From the NCBI RefSeq assembly GCF_009914755.1, contig NC_060929.1: a stretch of 64,000 nt of DNA. One strand, given 5' to 3'. This stretch comes from the human T2T-CHM13v2.0 reference genome, Homo sapiens. A program made the translations under genes and the position numbers. The notes beneath the pieces are model-generated. The model was not told the DNA's origin. It ran no database searches and saw only the letters and a program-made list of their open reading frames with translations. This document shows, in pieces, positions 27,413-40,465 of the stretch. Each line of letters starts with the position of its first letter. The first letter of the stretch is position 1.

Positions 27413-28099
27413 CTGAAAGATATCACCAAAGTTTTCAGAAAAAATCATCAAATTCAGCAAAATTCTAATAGACTAACCATTCCATCTGCATTAAAATAAA
27501 GTTTAAGAGCTTTCTATTAAAGATTTAAAAATACTATTTAATGCTTTACATGAAAATAATATATTTAATATTAATTTTATTAGTCACATATGGTTAATCA
27601 AATTTTATTTCAGTGGAAGAAACATTGACCCACTGTTAATGACAAGCAACAGCAAGTTAACTGTTAACTATTATTAAGGATAAACTGTTAATAACAGTTA
27701 ATGTTGTACTAAGTAAAAGCAGGCACTTCCGAAAGCTAAAAGATTAAAAAAAAACATCACTAGCTAATGACTTTTCCCACAGTTCTTTGGGGTATATAGT
27801 TCAGAATGTCCTTTGCAATATTTAATGGAAAATGTAACATGCAATAAATGTTTTAAAATATAACATCTCATATACATCTTCAATAGATAGGAGGTAGACT
27901 GCTTAGAGAAATAGATATAGAAATACAGATATTTGTGCGTCTGCGTGTATATACCTATATATATGTAATTTTCTTGAAAATAAAGTTTCTAAGACCTTTC
28001 CAATGAACTGTAATATTGATGAAACAAAATTCAATATTCAATTCAGCTAGTGCAAAAAGGGTTATCTATAGACTGAAAGAGTAGAAATCCTTAACTCAC

Positions 28100-28213
28100 G
28101 GGATCACTGCTGTACAAAGGGTCACAACATTTTTCAAGTGTATACAAGTATTTCACATTGTCCTTTGCTTCATTAGTTGCATCAGTGATTCGAATATCCA
28201 TCTCCCGCCAAGT
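28100..28213 (-). CDS. DNAH5: DNAH5 exon 8 ([38 protein letters not shown])
   Basis: Conserved dynein EAKDNVKYL motif; AG at 28214-5, GTGAGT donor; 114 nt. Confidence 0.97.
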
Positions 28214-28934
28214 CTAAGCACAATAGGGAAAAGCAATTTTAATGTAATTATTAATAGAGGAACTTCCAACACAACCACTGCTAAGAGTCACCACAAGTCC
28301 ATTAGGCGAGACCTTCTGTCCATCTCACAGAAAACTGAATCCAGAGGGGCGAGAGATATTGCTATGCTGGAAAGCAATTTAAAATTTTTGACTCAATGTT
28401 TTAAAGCATATCTTCCAGGGCTTCTCATATAAAATCTATGCTATGACTATCACAGAGCACCAGGAGGGCAGCACCGCCCTTTAAACTCACACGTTCTCCC
28501 CTGCACTGGTTAGCAGACCCATTTGATACCACACTTCCATATTTTCTATCTTTCCTCTATTCTAACCTGAACTCCCTTCCTATATCCCTATACATTTATC
28601 CATTAATGTAGTAATTGTTTATTATCTGCCAACTGTATGCCAGTACTGTGCTATGAGCTAGGAACTTAGAAATGGAAAGATAATCTAAAAGTGAGAGAAG
28701 TAAAAGGAAATTATTTAGCACGTCAGTACATTCCATTGACTTCACGGAAGTCTGACTGATAGTATTTCTGAACTGTATTGCAAGGCTCACCTCTGCTATT
28801 TCTTTGAGGAATAATAGAAGGTAAATCTATAGCACGTTTATTGCAACAAATTATTACGTATCAAAACATGCAAATAGCTAATAACACCCATGCAAATAGT
28901 TAACAAACAGTCTTTCCAGCACCAGTGCCAGGTG

Positions 28935-29780
28935 AGTTAGGCAGCCTCTATGACGGTCCCCAGTGACCACAGACTCCCTGTATTCAAGCTCTTGTATTCA
29001 TCCCTTCTCCTTGATCATGGGCTGAATCTAGTGACTTGCTTCTAATAAGGAGAATATGGCTAAAGTGATGGGATGTCACTTCCAGAATTAATTTACATAA
29101 AGACTGTGGCTTCTAGGTTGGGGACTCTCTTGCCCTCCTTCACTTGCTCCCTTTAAGGGAAGCCAGCTGCTATGTTCTAAGCTGCTCTACAGAGAGGCCC
29201 ATGTGGGAAGGAACTGAAGGAAGCCTCTAGCCAACAGCCAGCAAGAAACTGAATCCAGCAACAACCAGATGAGTAAACTCAGAAGCAGATCTTCCCCGCG
29301 TTGAGCCCTAAGATGAACCCACATCACAGCTGTAGCCTCATGAGATACCCAGAGTCAGAGGCACCCAGCTAAGCTGCACCCAGATTCCTGGCCCATAGAG
29401 TGTGAGATTGAAATATTGGCTGTTTTTGTTTTTTGTTTTTTATTTTGGCAGAGTCTCACTCTGTCACCCAGGCTGGAGCGCAGTGGCACGACCTCGGCTC
29501 ACTGCAAACCTCCACCTCCCGGGTTCAAGCGATTCTTCTGCCTCAGCCTCCCAAGTAGCTGGGACTACAGGCACACGACACTATGCCCAGCTAATTTTTG
29601 TGCTTTTTAAGAGATGGGGTTTCACCATATTGGCCAGGCTGGTCTCAAACTCCTGACCTTGTGATCCACCTGCCTCGGCATCCCAAAGTGCTGGGATTAC
29701 AGGCGTGAGCCACCACGCCTGGCCTATTGACTGTTTTAAGCTGCTAAGTTTGGAGGTTGTTTTGCAATATAAAACTAATA
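28935..29780 (+). mobile_element. MLT1 LTR interrupted by an Alu
   Basis: 'gtgacttgcttctaat..agaatatggc..aagtgatgggatgtcacttcc', 'gccaacagccagcaagaaactg'; resumes after the Alu at 'tgttttaagctgctaagttt'. Confidence 0.8.
29420..29724 (-). mobile_element. Alu (S-type)
   Basis: Reverse dimer; TSD tattg(g/a)ctgtttt. Confidence 0.95.
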
Positions 29781-30132
29781 TACAAGGACTAAAAAATAAA
29801 TACAGATAGGGTGAGTTTTCATTATTATTATTTCTAGCTGGTCTGAAATCATAAAACATAGATATATATATAAACATGCTATCATGTTCTGTCTTAATTA
29901 CATACAATGCCAATAACACATATACATACACGTACACCAGCTAACAATTGCCTTTCATTCAAAGACTATTTCCGCAGCCTCCAAAGTGATGTGAGGGAAG
30001 TATTATGTAATTTTAAATGTTTTTCATCAAGGTATAATAACATTTTTTTGTTCCTAATCACTCTATGCCTTGAAAATATGCATAGAGAACTCTTATTCCC
30101 ATTTCACAAGGCAAAATGAAATGGCTGACGAC

Positions 30133-30309
30133 CTTCAGCAGTTTCGACTTGGCCGCCGCAAGCACTGCCAGCACAGCCTTCACATCCGGGCTTTTCAATT
30201 GTTCCAAAAGGTAGTTAAACTTGGAGAGTCTTTTTTTCCAGTGCTCCAGCTCCGCTCGTGGCCCAACGTCATCCGCTTCCTTCAGCAGCTGATTGTTTTC
30301 AGCAAGAAC
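30133..30309 (-). CDS. DNAH5: DNAH5 exon 7 ([25 protein letters not shown]...SKLLK)
   Basis: ORF 30058..30378(-); dynein GPxxELExW motif; AG at 30310-1, donor GTCGTC; 177 nt. Confidence 0.96.
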
Positions 30310-30589
30310 CTGCAAATGCGCGGGGAAAAACACGAGCCATTGCACGGGGCTGGAGACGCTAAAGTTATAAACAAGCAAAAAACAAATAAGGAAATCAATT
30401 ATCCTATCTGGATCATGATATATGCGTATTCCATGCTTCCAATAACAATCTTTTACTCACTTAGCATGCATCCATTTTTAAAACTTCAACGAAAATCTCT
30501 TTGAATTGTTTTAACTGAAAACAACTTATGCTTTCCTCTTTTGAAAATAGTTTATATTTTGGGGGGTTTTTAAAGATTTTTGATTCATA

Positions 30590-30890
30590 CTTTTTTCTTT
30601 TATTGATACTTATTTTACATATTTATGGGGTACATGTGAGTATTTGTTATATATGTAGAATGTGTCATGACCAGGTCAGAGTATTTGGGGTATCATCACC
30701 TTGAGTACTTATCATTTCTACGTGTGGGTAACATTTCAAGTCCTCTCTTCTAGGTATTAGATTGGTGCAAAAGTAATTAGCCATTGAAAGTAATGGCAAA
30801 AACCACAATTACTTTTGCACCAACCTAACAGTTTGAAATATACAGTATACTGTTGCTAACTACGGTCACCCAATCTGCAATCAAAAACTA
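30590..30890 (-). mobile_element. L1MA 3' end fragment
   Basis: 'tacatatttatggggtacatgtgagtattt', 'gaaatatacagtatactgttgctaacta'. Confidence 0.75.
30757..30828. mobile_element. MADE1 MITE (Hsmar1-derived)
   Basis: TIRs ttag(a)ttggtgcaaaagtaatt / aattacttttgcaccaacctaa; preceded by TA. Confidence 0.9.
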
Positions 30891-31436
30891 CCTATTTAAT
30901 GAGCTGTAATGAGCTTCTGAAGGCCATGACCTCAGGAATTTTTCTTGGCTATTCATTTACTCTATAACCTTGGAGGAACATGGCCTTGTTAAATTGCATG
31001 GCTCAGGCTAGTGGATTTTAATTGTGCTTACTTTGTAATGTAATGTCCACCTTCATGCCTTCATTGAGGACTTTTCTGAATTTGTGTTTAAGGTGAAGTC
31101 TCAAGCTCCCTTTTGGAGGACATACTAAATTAGAAAACTCCTCATGCTTCTACAGGGGTTCTCTCCAAAGTAAATTAGACATTGAGAAAAGAAACTGGCA
31201 AAGTGCAGCGTTTGAGTGATATAAGTATATGCAGCCATTTTCTTTCATTTCTTAGAATTCTTACTACCTCTTCTTAATTCATGACAGTAAAGGAAAACCA
31301 CATTGGACCTCTCACCTCCTCAAGGATTTACAGTAAAACGCTTAACAAATGGAATGTCGTATGTCAATACACCTTCTTCCATTGTCTAGCGCAGTAATGT
31401 GGCACCTGAAATTGATGTTTGGTTTCTCAAAATTAC

Positions 31437-31574
31437 CTGTTCTGTCTGTTTGATCCATACTTTCATGCAATCCTCTATTTTTCCCAAAGTCTCAGGGTTA
31501 TTTGCTAGAGTCAAGTAGTCCGTAGGTTCCTTTAGGGTTTTCAGTTCAAGTATGTCACACTTTCGAAGGTTCAC
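31437..31574 (-). CDS. DNAH5: DNAH5 exon 6 ([11 protein letters not shown]...WIKQTEQ)
   Basis: ORF 31386..31574(-); AG at 31575-6, GTAAT donor; 138 nt. Confidence 0.97.
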
Positions 31575-31922
31575 CTAATTAGAATGAAAATTAAATAATC
31601 AGATGATGCTTTTGTAAAACACACAGACTGTGGGCCCTGTGTTTTCCACTTTGCTGCACTCTGACAGCGCTCTGGAAAGCCCACCAGGTAGCACATACCT
31701 CCTCTCCACTCCCACGTGCCTTTGTCCACGCTGCCCCCAGACTGATGGGACCTTCCAACACTTCCCTGTGATCCTACACAACCTCACAATTCAACCCAAA
31801 GCCCACTGCCCTCTCCCACTCAGAAAGAATGCCTCCTCCCACCTGGGGACCCATCCCATTTTGGTAATACTTTTATTGCAATATGAAGTGGACCCATATG
31901 AAAAAAACACTGCTTTTTTAGA

Positions 31923-32088
31923 TAGAATGCCAGCAATTTTATTTTTTTAGTAGTAAAAATGTTTGCTTTATTCATGTATACATATGTAACAAACCTGCAC
32001 GTTGTGCACATGTACCCTAAAACTTAACGTATAATAATAATAAAATTAAAAAAAATTTTCAACATGTAGAATGCCAACAATTTTATTT
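31923..32088. mobile_element. Short young L1PA 3'-end insertion flanked by direct repeats
   Basis: L1PA tail 'catgtatacatatgtaacaaacctgcacgttgtgcacatgtaccctaaaactt' at 31973-32055; tagaatgcca(g/a)caattttattt on both sides. Confidence 0.85.
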
Positions 32089-32367
32089 GGTCCAACCTGC
32101 AATTTGGTCTGCCCTCCATCACAGTCAATCACAAATATAATTTGGGTGTTAGCTGGAGTCATCCTGTGTCTGTCTGGATAAAATTTGCTTAACTCCCCCA
32201 TTCCACATCCTTTGGAAAGCGTAATGCCCCTTCCCCAATCCCAGCAGGATCAGCATTCCTGGGAGAGGAGGGCAGAGTGTCACACTGTCATCATTACCAT
32301 AGGATCCATTTCCCTACCTGCCCCTACATGCCTGATCTGGGCTCTGTCATCTCTCTTATTACCTTAT

Positions 32368-32385
32368 CTTCTCTCTCTCTCCCTC

Positions 32386-32416
<31 letters not shown>

Positions 32417-32434
32417 TGCTCTATCTCTCTCTCA

Positions 32435-32476
<42 letters not shown>
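32368..32476. repeat. Compound (CT)n(CA)n microsatellite
   Basis: Read directly from sequence. Confidence 0.95.
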
Positions 32477-32477
<1 letters not shown>

Positions 32478-33063
32478 GCGTACATCCATCAACCTCTGCC
32501 CCAAGTAATCACAAACACAGACTTATTATAAACAGCACAAATCATACAGAAACTAAATGTCACCTTTGCCAAAATTATTCTTAAAGGCCCTTTTGATCAT
32601 TGGCTGAATCACAGGATCAGACTTGCTCTCTCCAAACATATCAATTCCTCTTTCCTTCTTCTGCTTCTTCAGGATCTCTTCCCACCTCCATCTGCCGCCC
32701 ACACACACCCCCCCACACACACACACACTTCAGTTCCAAATTCCTTTCATTCTAGGATGCACAGCAGTGCCACAAGCATTTCTGACTCTTGCCTTTGGAG
32801 TCACTCATCTGACTGACTGAGTAAAGCCCTACAACACTGCCAACGTTTTTATGGAACCCCTGAATGTGTTGATCATTACAAACTGTAGAAATTTAAATCT
32901 AATCACCACCACATCTTGAAGGAGCAATAAAATTGCCTACAAAAATTTTTGAAGAACTGAAACATAGAGGAATTAAGACCATCTAAGAGAAGCATTACAC
33001 ACTTATGTACTGTGCTTGTTGACCACCTGATCATTTTTAAAGGAACAGCTTATTCGTCCTCAC

Positions 33064-33285
33064 CTTCTCCTTCAGACTCTCCTGTGCACCCGACAGGACG
33101 TTCACAAAGCCTTCCAGGGAGCTCAAGAACTCCTGGCGAATGTTAGCTGCGTCCTGAAGGCCCTCGAGCTCGCCCCAGCCATGGCTCGTGGCTCTGAGAG
33201 CAGGAATGAAGATGTCCGACAGCAAACGTCTCACACTGTTGAGCAGGCCTCCATCTGCCGCATCTAACATGTTAAAACTCACCTC
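33064..33285 (-). CDS. DNAH5: DNAH5 exon 5 ([13 protein letters not shown]...ESLKEK)
   Basis: Within ORF 33037..33339(-); AG at 33286-7, GTGAG donor; 222 nt. Confidence 0.97.
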
Positions 33286-33352
33286 CTGGAAAACAGGCAG
33301 GAGATCTTTTATTGTAAAAATCATCCTCAAATGCAACACAACTACTAAGTCA

Positions 33353-33703
<351 letters not shown>

Positions 33704-34235
33704 ATCAGTTTGACAACCTGGTTAAGAAATAAGCTTTACACTATTCTAAATTGTAATCATCAAAATAAAAGCATGAAATAAATAGAATACCAGATGTTTA
33801 CCAGTTTATTTGCTCCAAGAAGATAGTGCACCTGTCAGAGGGAAGGGGAAAACTTGTACAGATGCATTTTACTTTGCACAAAAAAAAAAAAGTTATATAT
33901 CCACTTTCAGAAATCTTATCTTAAATGTATAAAATTTGCCATTAAGTAAATTATGCATGGGGAATTCTTTAGAAAAAGAAAGCCCTCACTGTTATACACA
34001 CACCCAGAAGGTTATATCAATTTGTGTTAATAAATTGAATATTAAGTCCTCTTACTCAAAAGATTTAAAGGGAATGTCCTCTTAATTTCTTGCTTTAAAT
34101 TTTTAAAAAATACTTCTCTGAAAGTAGTTTTAGATACTGTAGTGAATACAATGATTGTCTCCACCAGAGGAATATTTGTGTGCAAGTTGTGTGTTTTTTG
34201 GTAATTCAGAGTAAACAATGGCTCTTGCCCCTTAC

Positions 34236-34396
34236 CTGGTGGATGTTGTCAGGGGTGATGGCTTTGGAAGGGTCAGTCCTGATGAAGAACACACATACCC
34301 CAGTAAGAGCCACATCGTTTCCCTCGGTCACGAACACCTTAGGTTTTTTAATCTTTCCAGAAACAAGATTTACCCCTCCTAGAGAGCCAAGTTGTC
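34236..34396 (-). CDS. DNAH5: DNAH5 exon 4 ([26 protein letters not shown]...DNIHQ)
   Basis: AG at 34397-8, GTAAG donor; 161 nt restores phase after exon 3. Confidence 0.96.
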
Positions 34397-34704
34397 CTAC
34401 AAAAGCAAAATAATTTTAGTTTCACAAATGCTTTTTGCAGTCCATGTGGTTCCCTTTGGAATGAAGTTTCCTTGTTAAAATATTGCCATTGTTGACTTGT
34501 CCATGTGCCTTAGATGGGTCCACCTCTTGAACAATCTCTAGCATGAGCCGTACAGGGATCTTAAAAAATCTGTTTGATTCCAGATCATAGGTTCACTTCA
34601 AAACTGTTGTTTCAGGGGCAGTGAAAAGAGGGAAGGAGGACAATGTATCTACTGGCATGTACTGTGTTCCAGACCCTCTGCTAGGTACCCTGTGTACATT
34701 ATTA

Positions 34705-35090
<386 letters not shown>

Positions 35091-35349
35091 CTACAAAACT
35101 CGGAACCCCCACTTCCCCATGCTGTCCCTACTCTGTCATAGTCAGCATACCTGGTTATATTTCAAATACTGCTGCAGTCAGGGTCTTGTAGAGGTAGGAC
35201 CACTTAATGATTAACAATGTGGGCTCTAGAGTCAGATTCTCAGAACTTCAATCTCAGGCTGCACTCCCAGCCACGTGACCTTGGCAAGTTACTTTATCTT
35301 TCTGTGCCTCCATTTTCTCATATTCACATCTTAAAAATGAGAATAATAT

Positions 35350-35647
35350 GGCCGGGCGTGGTGGCTCATGCTTGTAATCCCAGCACCTTGGGAGGCCGAG
35401 GCGGGTGAATCACCTAAGGTCGGGAGTTCGAGACCAGCCTGATCAACATGGAGAAACCCCGTCTCTACCAAAAATACAAAATTAGCCAGGCGTGGTGGCA
35501 CATGCCTGTAATCCCAGCTACTCAGGAGGCTGAGGCAGGAGAATCGCTTGAACCCAGGAGATGGAGGTTGTGGTCAGCCAAGATCACACCATTGCACTCT
35601 AGGCTGAGCAACAAGAGCAAAACTCCGTCTCAAAAAAAAAAAAAAAA
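35350..35647 (+). mobile_element. Alu (Sp-like) inserted in a MIR
   Basis: 'catggagaaacccc' diagnostic; MIR-like flanks at about 35210-35350 and 35650-35750. Confidence 0.92.
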
Positions 35648-36369
35648 GAATGATACTAGAACTTAGCATCTGAAATTGTTGTGAAAATCAACACACTGTG
35701 TAAAGTCCTTAGAAAAGCACATAAGAATACTAGCCTCTGTAAGCATTATTATTATCAGTACTTGAACAGTCATCTTTGATTATCCAAGCATGTGGCTCAT
35801 TGAGTAGATAATTTAAGTACATAGAATACACTCTGAGCTGTTTCATTGTGTTCTTACCTGCCCAAGAAATGTTTAGATCTCCAAATGGACCGGTAGCTCA
35901 ATCAGGATCACTGCAGTGGGAGGATGGCGCTAATGGTGGACTTTGGGATGGGGAGTGGACCAGAAGTTGAATCCTAAAATCCTGGGATTGGAACCTCTTG
36001 GAGTAATCCTCCCTCAGGGATCTTCCTCCCATGGTGCTAGGCTAGAGACCTTGACTGTGGCTTGGACAGTGAACCCTCATTAAAGGTAACTAGAAGATCA
36101 ATCTCCCCCTCATTCAAAATTGCATCCCGCTCCTGGCTAATATCACCTGGGTCTCATGAGTAATAAGATGTTAGGCAACAAGTTTCAACCAAGGCACCAA
36201 CGCATGATAGACATCAGAAAACAGAATTTCAAAGGAAAAAAAAATCTGCAGAAATTTCAAAGCTGTTGTCCTAGAACTGATTAGACATCTTCTCCCTGGC
36301 CCCCATCAGAATGCAAAAGGGTCAAGAGCGTGTAGACTAAGGAAGGATTTTGTGAGGACAGTTATGCTA

Positions 36370-36747
36370 AGTATTAGTCCATTTTCATGCTGCTGATGGA
36401 GACATACCTGAGACTGGGCAACTTACAAAAGAAAGAGGTTTGATTGGCCTTACAGTTCCACGTGGCTGGGGAAGCCTCACAATCATAGCAGAAGGCAAGG
36501 AGGAGCAAGTCACGTCTTACATGAATGGCAGCAGGCAAAGAGAGGATAAGACCCAAGGAAAACAGATTTCCCCTTATCAAACCATCAGATCTCATGAGAC
36601 CTATTCACTATCACCAGAACAGCACAGGAAAGACCCGCCTCCATAAGTCAATCACCTCCCACCAGGTTCCTACCAAGACACGTGATAATTGTGGGAGTTA
36701 CAATTCAAGATGAGATTTGGGTGGCGACACAGAGCCAAACCATATCA
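36370..36747 (-). mobile_element. THE1 (MaLR) solo LTR
   Basis: 'gtattagtccattttcatgctgctgat'...'gacacagagccaaaccatatca'; 5-bp TSD tgcta. Confidence 0.92.
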
Positions 36748-38168
36748 TGCTATGCAAACGGTGAGGTTATAAAGTGTTCCTACTTTTACCTCAGGTCAAG
36801 AATGAGACTGCAACTGTCCCAGCTTGCCCAGGACAGGGGGGTTTGCTGGGATGCAGGACTTTCAGTGCTACAACCAGGACAGTCAGTCACTCCAGTCAAT
36901 AAACAAGGTCTTCAACCCAACCACCTAAAGAGCTTGATTTATGTCTCCTGGAGTTTAGGAACAAAATGACTGGGATATGACACCTGACCAAGAAATCTAA
37001 GCACAGTGCTCAATAAGGCAGATAGAGAGAAACTGGACTGCACTGGGAGCTAACAGCACCACCATGGAGGGCAGGGACCTAGGAACCCAGGTGGGGCCCC
37101 TGCTGAAAAGAGCCAGACTGGAGCCACCTTAAATCCTACTCAAAAGGAGCACCTGAGGGAGGATGGGACAGAGTGAGCGAGACTGGTGGCTTAGACTACC
37201 AAATTTCAGAGGCCATCATCAGGACAGCCTGTCACCTCGGGAGAAACCACCACCGTGCCCACAAGAGCAAGGTAAGAGTGCAAGGTCAGCAGCTCATGAC
37301 AGCGCTAGTCCAGTAAAAATTTTCCTGCCCCTCTTCCCTCTTACCTCTGCCCTGCCTCTGGCCTCACACAGTCAGCCACTTTAGTTAAGCTGATGTGGAC
37401 AAGGGGTAGAAGACGAAGGTAGGGAGAAAAGCACATGGTCCTCCCTCTTCTCCTACTGAGAAGTTCAACCTTCAGAGAAATGGGAGGTTCAAGGATGAGG
37501 AGGGAAGAATATTTCGCTTTCCATCAACTGGACAGTTTTGCTTTTTGAGTTAAGGTTGTGTTTGTAATTTGAAATGACTATAGAATTTTTTGTAATCTAA
37601 GAACATCCAGGAAAGTCACAGGATTGCTTGCATTCTAATCCAAGTTCAGAAGGACTATCACCAGTGAGAAGATTTAAAGGTTAAACTTGGTTTTATGTTT
37701 ACATCCTACGAACACTTCTTGGTCCAAGTAAAATTTACGCAGAAGGCCAGTTTCATCCAGTGCTCCGTTCATGGATAAACTTGATCTTTCATTTGAGCTT
37801 ATGTTTTGCAATCTGGTGTAGAAACCAAACCTTCTATCTCTTGATTTTTCACTTAAAATGTAATAAGCTTTCTAAGCACAAAATATCAAATTGACAGCTT
37901 TGAGAAAATGCCAGTTCGAATTTGCATGCATAATTTCTTCAGTTTTTAAACAAAGAAGTATAGTCTTACTATATGCCAAGAGCAATAGCTATTTTCCCTT
38001 TTATCAAATGGGTCATAAAAAGGATGTATATAATATTTTAATATATTAAATAATACATTTAATCAGATATTGACTTATCTTCCTACTTAGGCCTTTAAAA
38101 TTACATTAATCCACTTAAAAGTAGAATAGACTATGCCAGTTGAATCTATAGAAAGATTTGCAAATTTG

Positions 38169-38500
38169 GGCCAGGCACGGTGGCTCACGCCTATATCCCA
38201 GCACTTTGGGAGGCCGAGGTGGGTGGATCACAAGGTCGAGAGATCGAGACCATCCTAGCCAACATGCTGAAACCCCGTCTCTACTGAAAATACAAAAATT
38301 AGCTGGGCGTGGTGGCGCGCACCTGTAGTCCCAGCTACAGGCTGGGACTGTACTTTGGGAGGCTGAGGCAGGAGAATTGCTTGAACCCCGGGAGGTAGAG
38401 GTTGCGGGGAGCCAAGATTGTGCCACTGCACTCCAGTCTGGTGACAGAGCGAGACTCTGTCTCAAAAAATAATAATAATAAATAACAACAACAAAAAAAA
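38169..38500 (+). mobile_element. Alu (Sc-like) with an internal insertion
   Basis: Full dimer; TSD aaagatttgcaaattt. Confidence 0.95.
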
Positions 38501-39049
38501 GATTTGCAAATTTTTCATAAATGAGAATGATGAAACCTGTCATCCAATATTATTTATTTAAAGCAGAGTCAGTAGAAAATTAACACAATGTGATAGCTAA
38601 CTAAAAAGGGGTGTTACACATGCTGGCAATAATTCCTATGTTAAAAAGAAATAATGCCTATATACATGTGAAACAGGTGCCCATTATAAGTTCTAGAACA
38701 TAAAACACAGAATGAACTAGAATATAAGAAAAGGAAGTCAAACGTAATCTACTTTATTATCTTCATTGCCAGCACAGCCTGAGAAGGAATACGAGACAAC
38801 TCCAATAAAGTTAGAACAACCAGGCTAAATACCAACTGTAATCTGTCCTCCATCCTTGAGGTGAAACAGAACTTCTTCCACAGGGCCACACCCTACACAC
38901 TAATGGTTTCCCACATGGACCCACACACGCACCTCCCTCCCGCCCGCAAGGTGAAACAGGTCCGTTCTCACAGTAGCTTTCTTCTTCAAGCTACCCTCAG
39001 ATAAATCTAATAACACATTTCTGGGTTATGTCACATCAAATTCAGATAC

Positions 39050-39134
39050 CTGTTTCTGCTTCCTCCACATCTTGATAGTAAAACATGAGGTGTCGGAGAC
39101 CTCCAACAGCAAAAAGTTGATCAATTCTTTCAAT
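39050..39134 (-). CDS. DNAH5: DNAH5 exon 3 ([28 protein letters not shown])
   Basis: AG at 39135-6, GT at 39048-9; 85 nt; manual translation. Confidence 0.96.
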
Positions 39135-39749
39135 CTGGGAAAAAGAAAAAGGCAAGATAATGATTTTCAATCCAAATTAGAAACTGCAATTAAATCAGCA
39201 TTAATAATATAAAAAAGGAAAATTTACTGTCATCTTTCTTATTCAAACAGGACTGCATCTAATGTATCCTATAAAAAAGGGAGCATTTACATCAAAAGAA
39301 TAAATGTCTCACCATAGTAAAGACTCTGTTCAAAAAAGTAATTTCATGAATCATAGAAATATTTGCTACTTATGCACATTTGAAAAGCATTGTCCATCTA
39401 TATTTGCAAATTCCCTAAAGTGTTGAGCTGTTGAAGGGAGATTTAAATAGAGATGAGTGCTTCAGTCAACTGCAGATAAGCAAGAACAAACCTTTCAAAA
39501 CTTAGTCTAACACTCTAGAGATAATTAATATTAAATTGCAATAATCACCAAAACTGCCATGAGAACATATCTGACTATGAACACACCTTCCAGTAAGCAA
39601 CCTGGCACTAAGCTGGGACTAAGAGTCCCATCCCTGAGGCTCACTGTAAGTCTACAAGTCTAACAAATGGCCTGCTACCAACAGAAACACTTCTTTTAAA
39701 TAGTCAATAGCACTGTTTGGAATTCATATGAAAATAAAAAGATAAAATC

Positions 39750-40465
39750 CACACACCCATTAGGCATTAGGATGGCTACCACCAAAAAACAGAAAATAGC
39801 AAGTGCTGGCGAGGATGTGGAGAAACTGGAACCCTTGAGCACTACTGGTGGGAATGTAAATGGTGCAGCCGTTGTGGAAAACAGTATGAAGGCTCCTTAA
39901 AAAACTAAAAATAGAATTGCCACATGATCCGGGAACTCCACTTCTGGGTATATATCCCAAAGAATTGAAAGCGGGCTCTCAAAGAGATATTTGTATACCC
40001 ATGTTCATAGTAGCATTACTCACAATAGCTTCCACAAAAGATGAAAGTGACAGATAAAGCGATAAACAAAATGTGGTATACATATACAAGGGAATATAAT
40101 CCAGCCTTAACAAGGAGGGGAATCCTGGCACATGCTACAACATGGATGAACCTTGCAAACCTTACACTAAGTGAAATAAGACGATCCCAAAAAGATGAAC
40201 ACTGCATGACTCCACTTGTGTGAGGTACCTATGGAATAGTCCAATTCCTAGAGACAAAAAGTAGAATGCGGGGGTTGCCAGGGGCTGGAGGGAAGGAGGA
40301 CTGTGGAGTGGTAGTTTAATGGGTACAGCGTTTCTGTTTTTGTAATAAAAAGCATTCTGAAGATTTATTGCACAGTAATGTGAACGTACTTAACACTAAT
40401 GAACTGTACAATTAAAATGGTTAAGATGGTGAATTTTATGTGTATTTACTACATCTTAAAATAAT
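39750..40465 (+). mobile_element. L1MB 3' end
   Basis: 'gaggatgtggagaaactggaaccc', 'catgctacaacatggatgaacctt', 'aatggttaagatggtgaatttt'. Confidence 0.85.

Noticed and set aside
35885-35920. tRNA-like 'gtagctcaatcagg'
   Set aside because: No B-box/T-loop or cloverleaf follows
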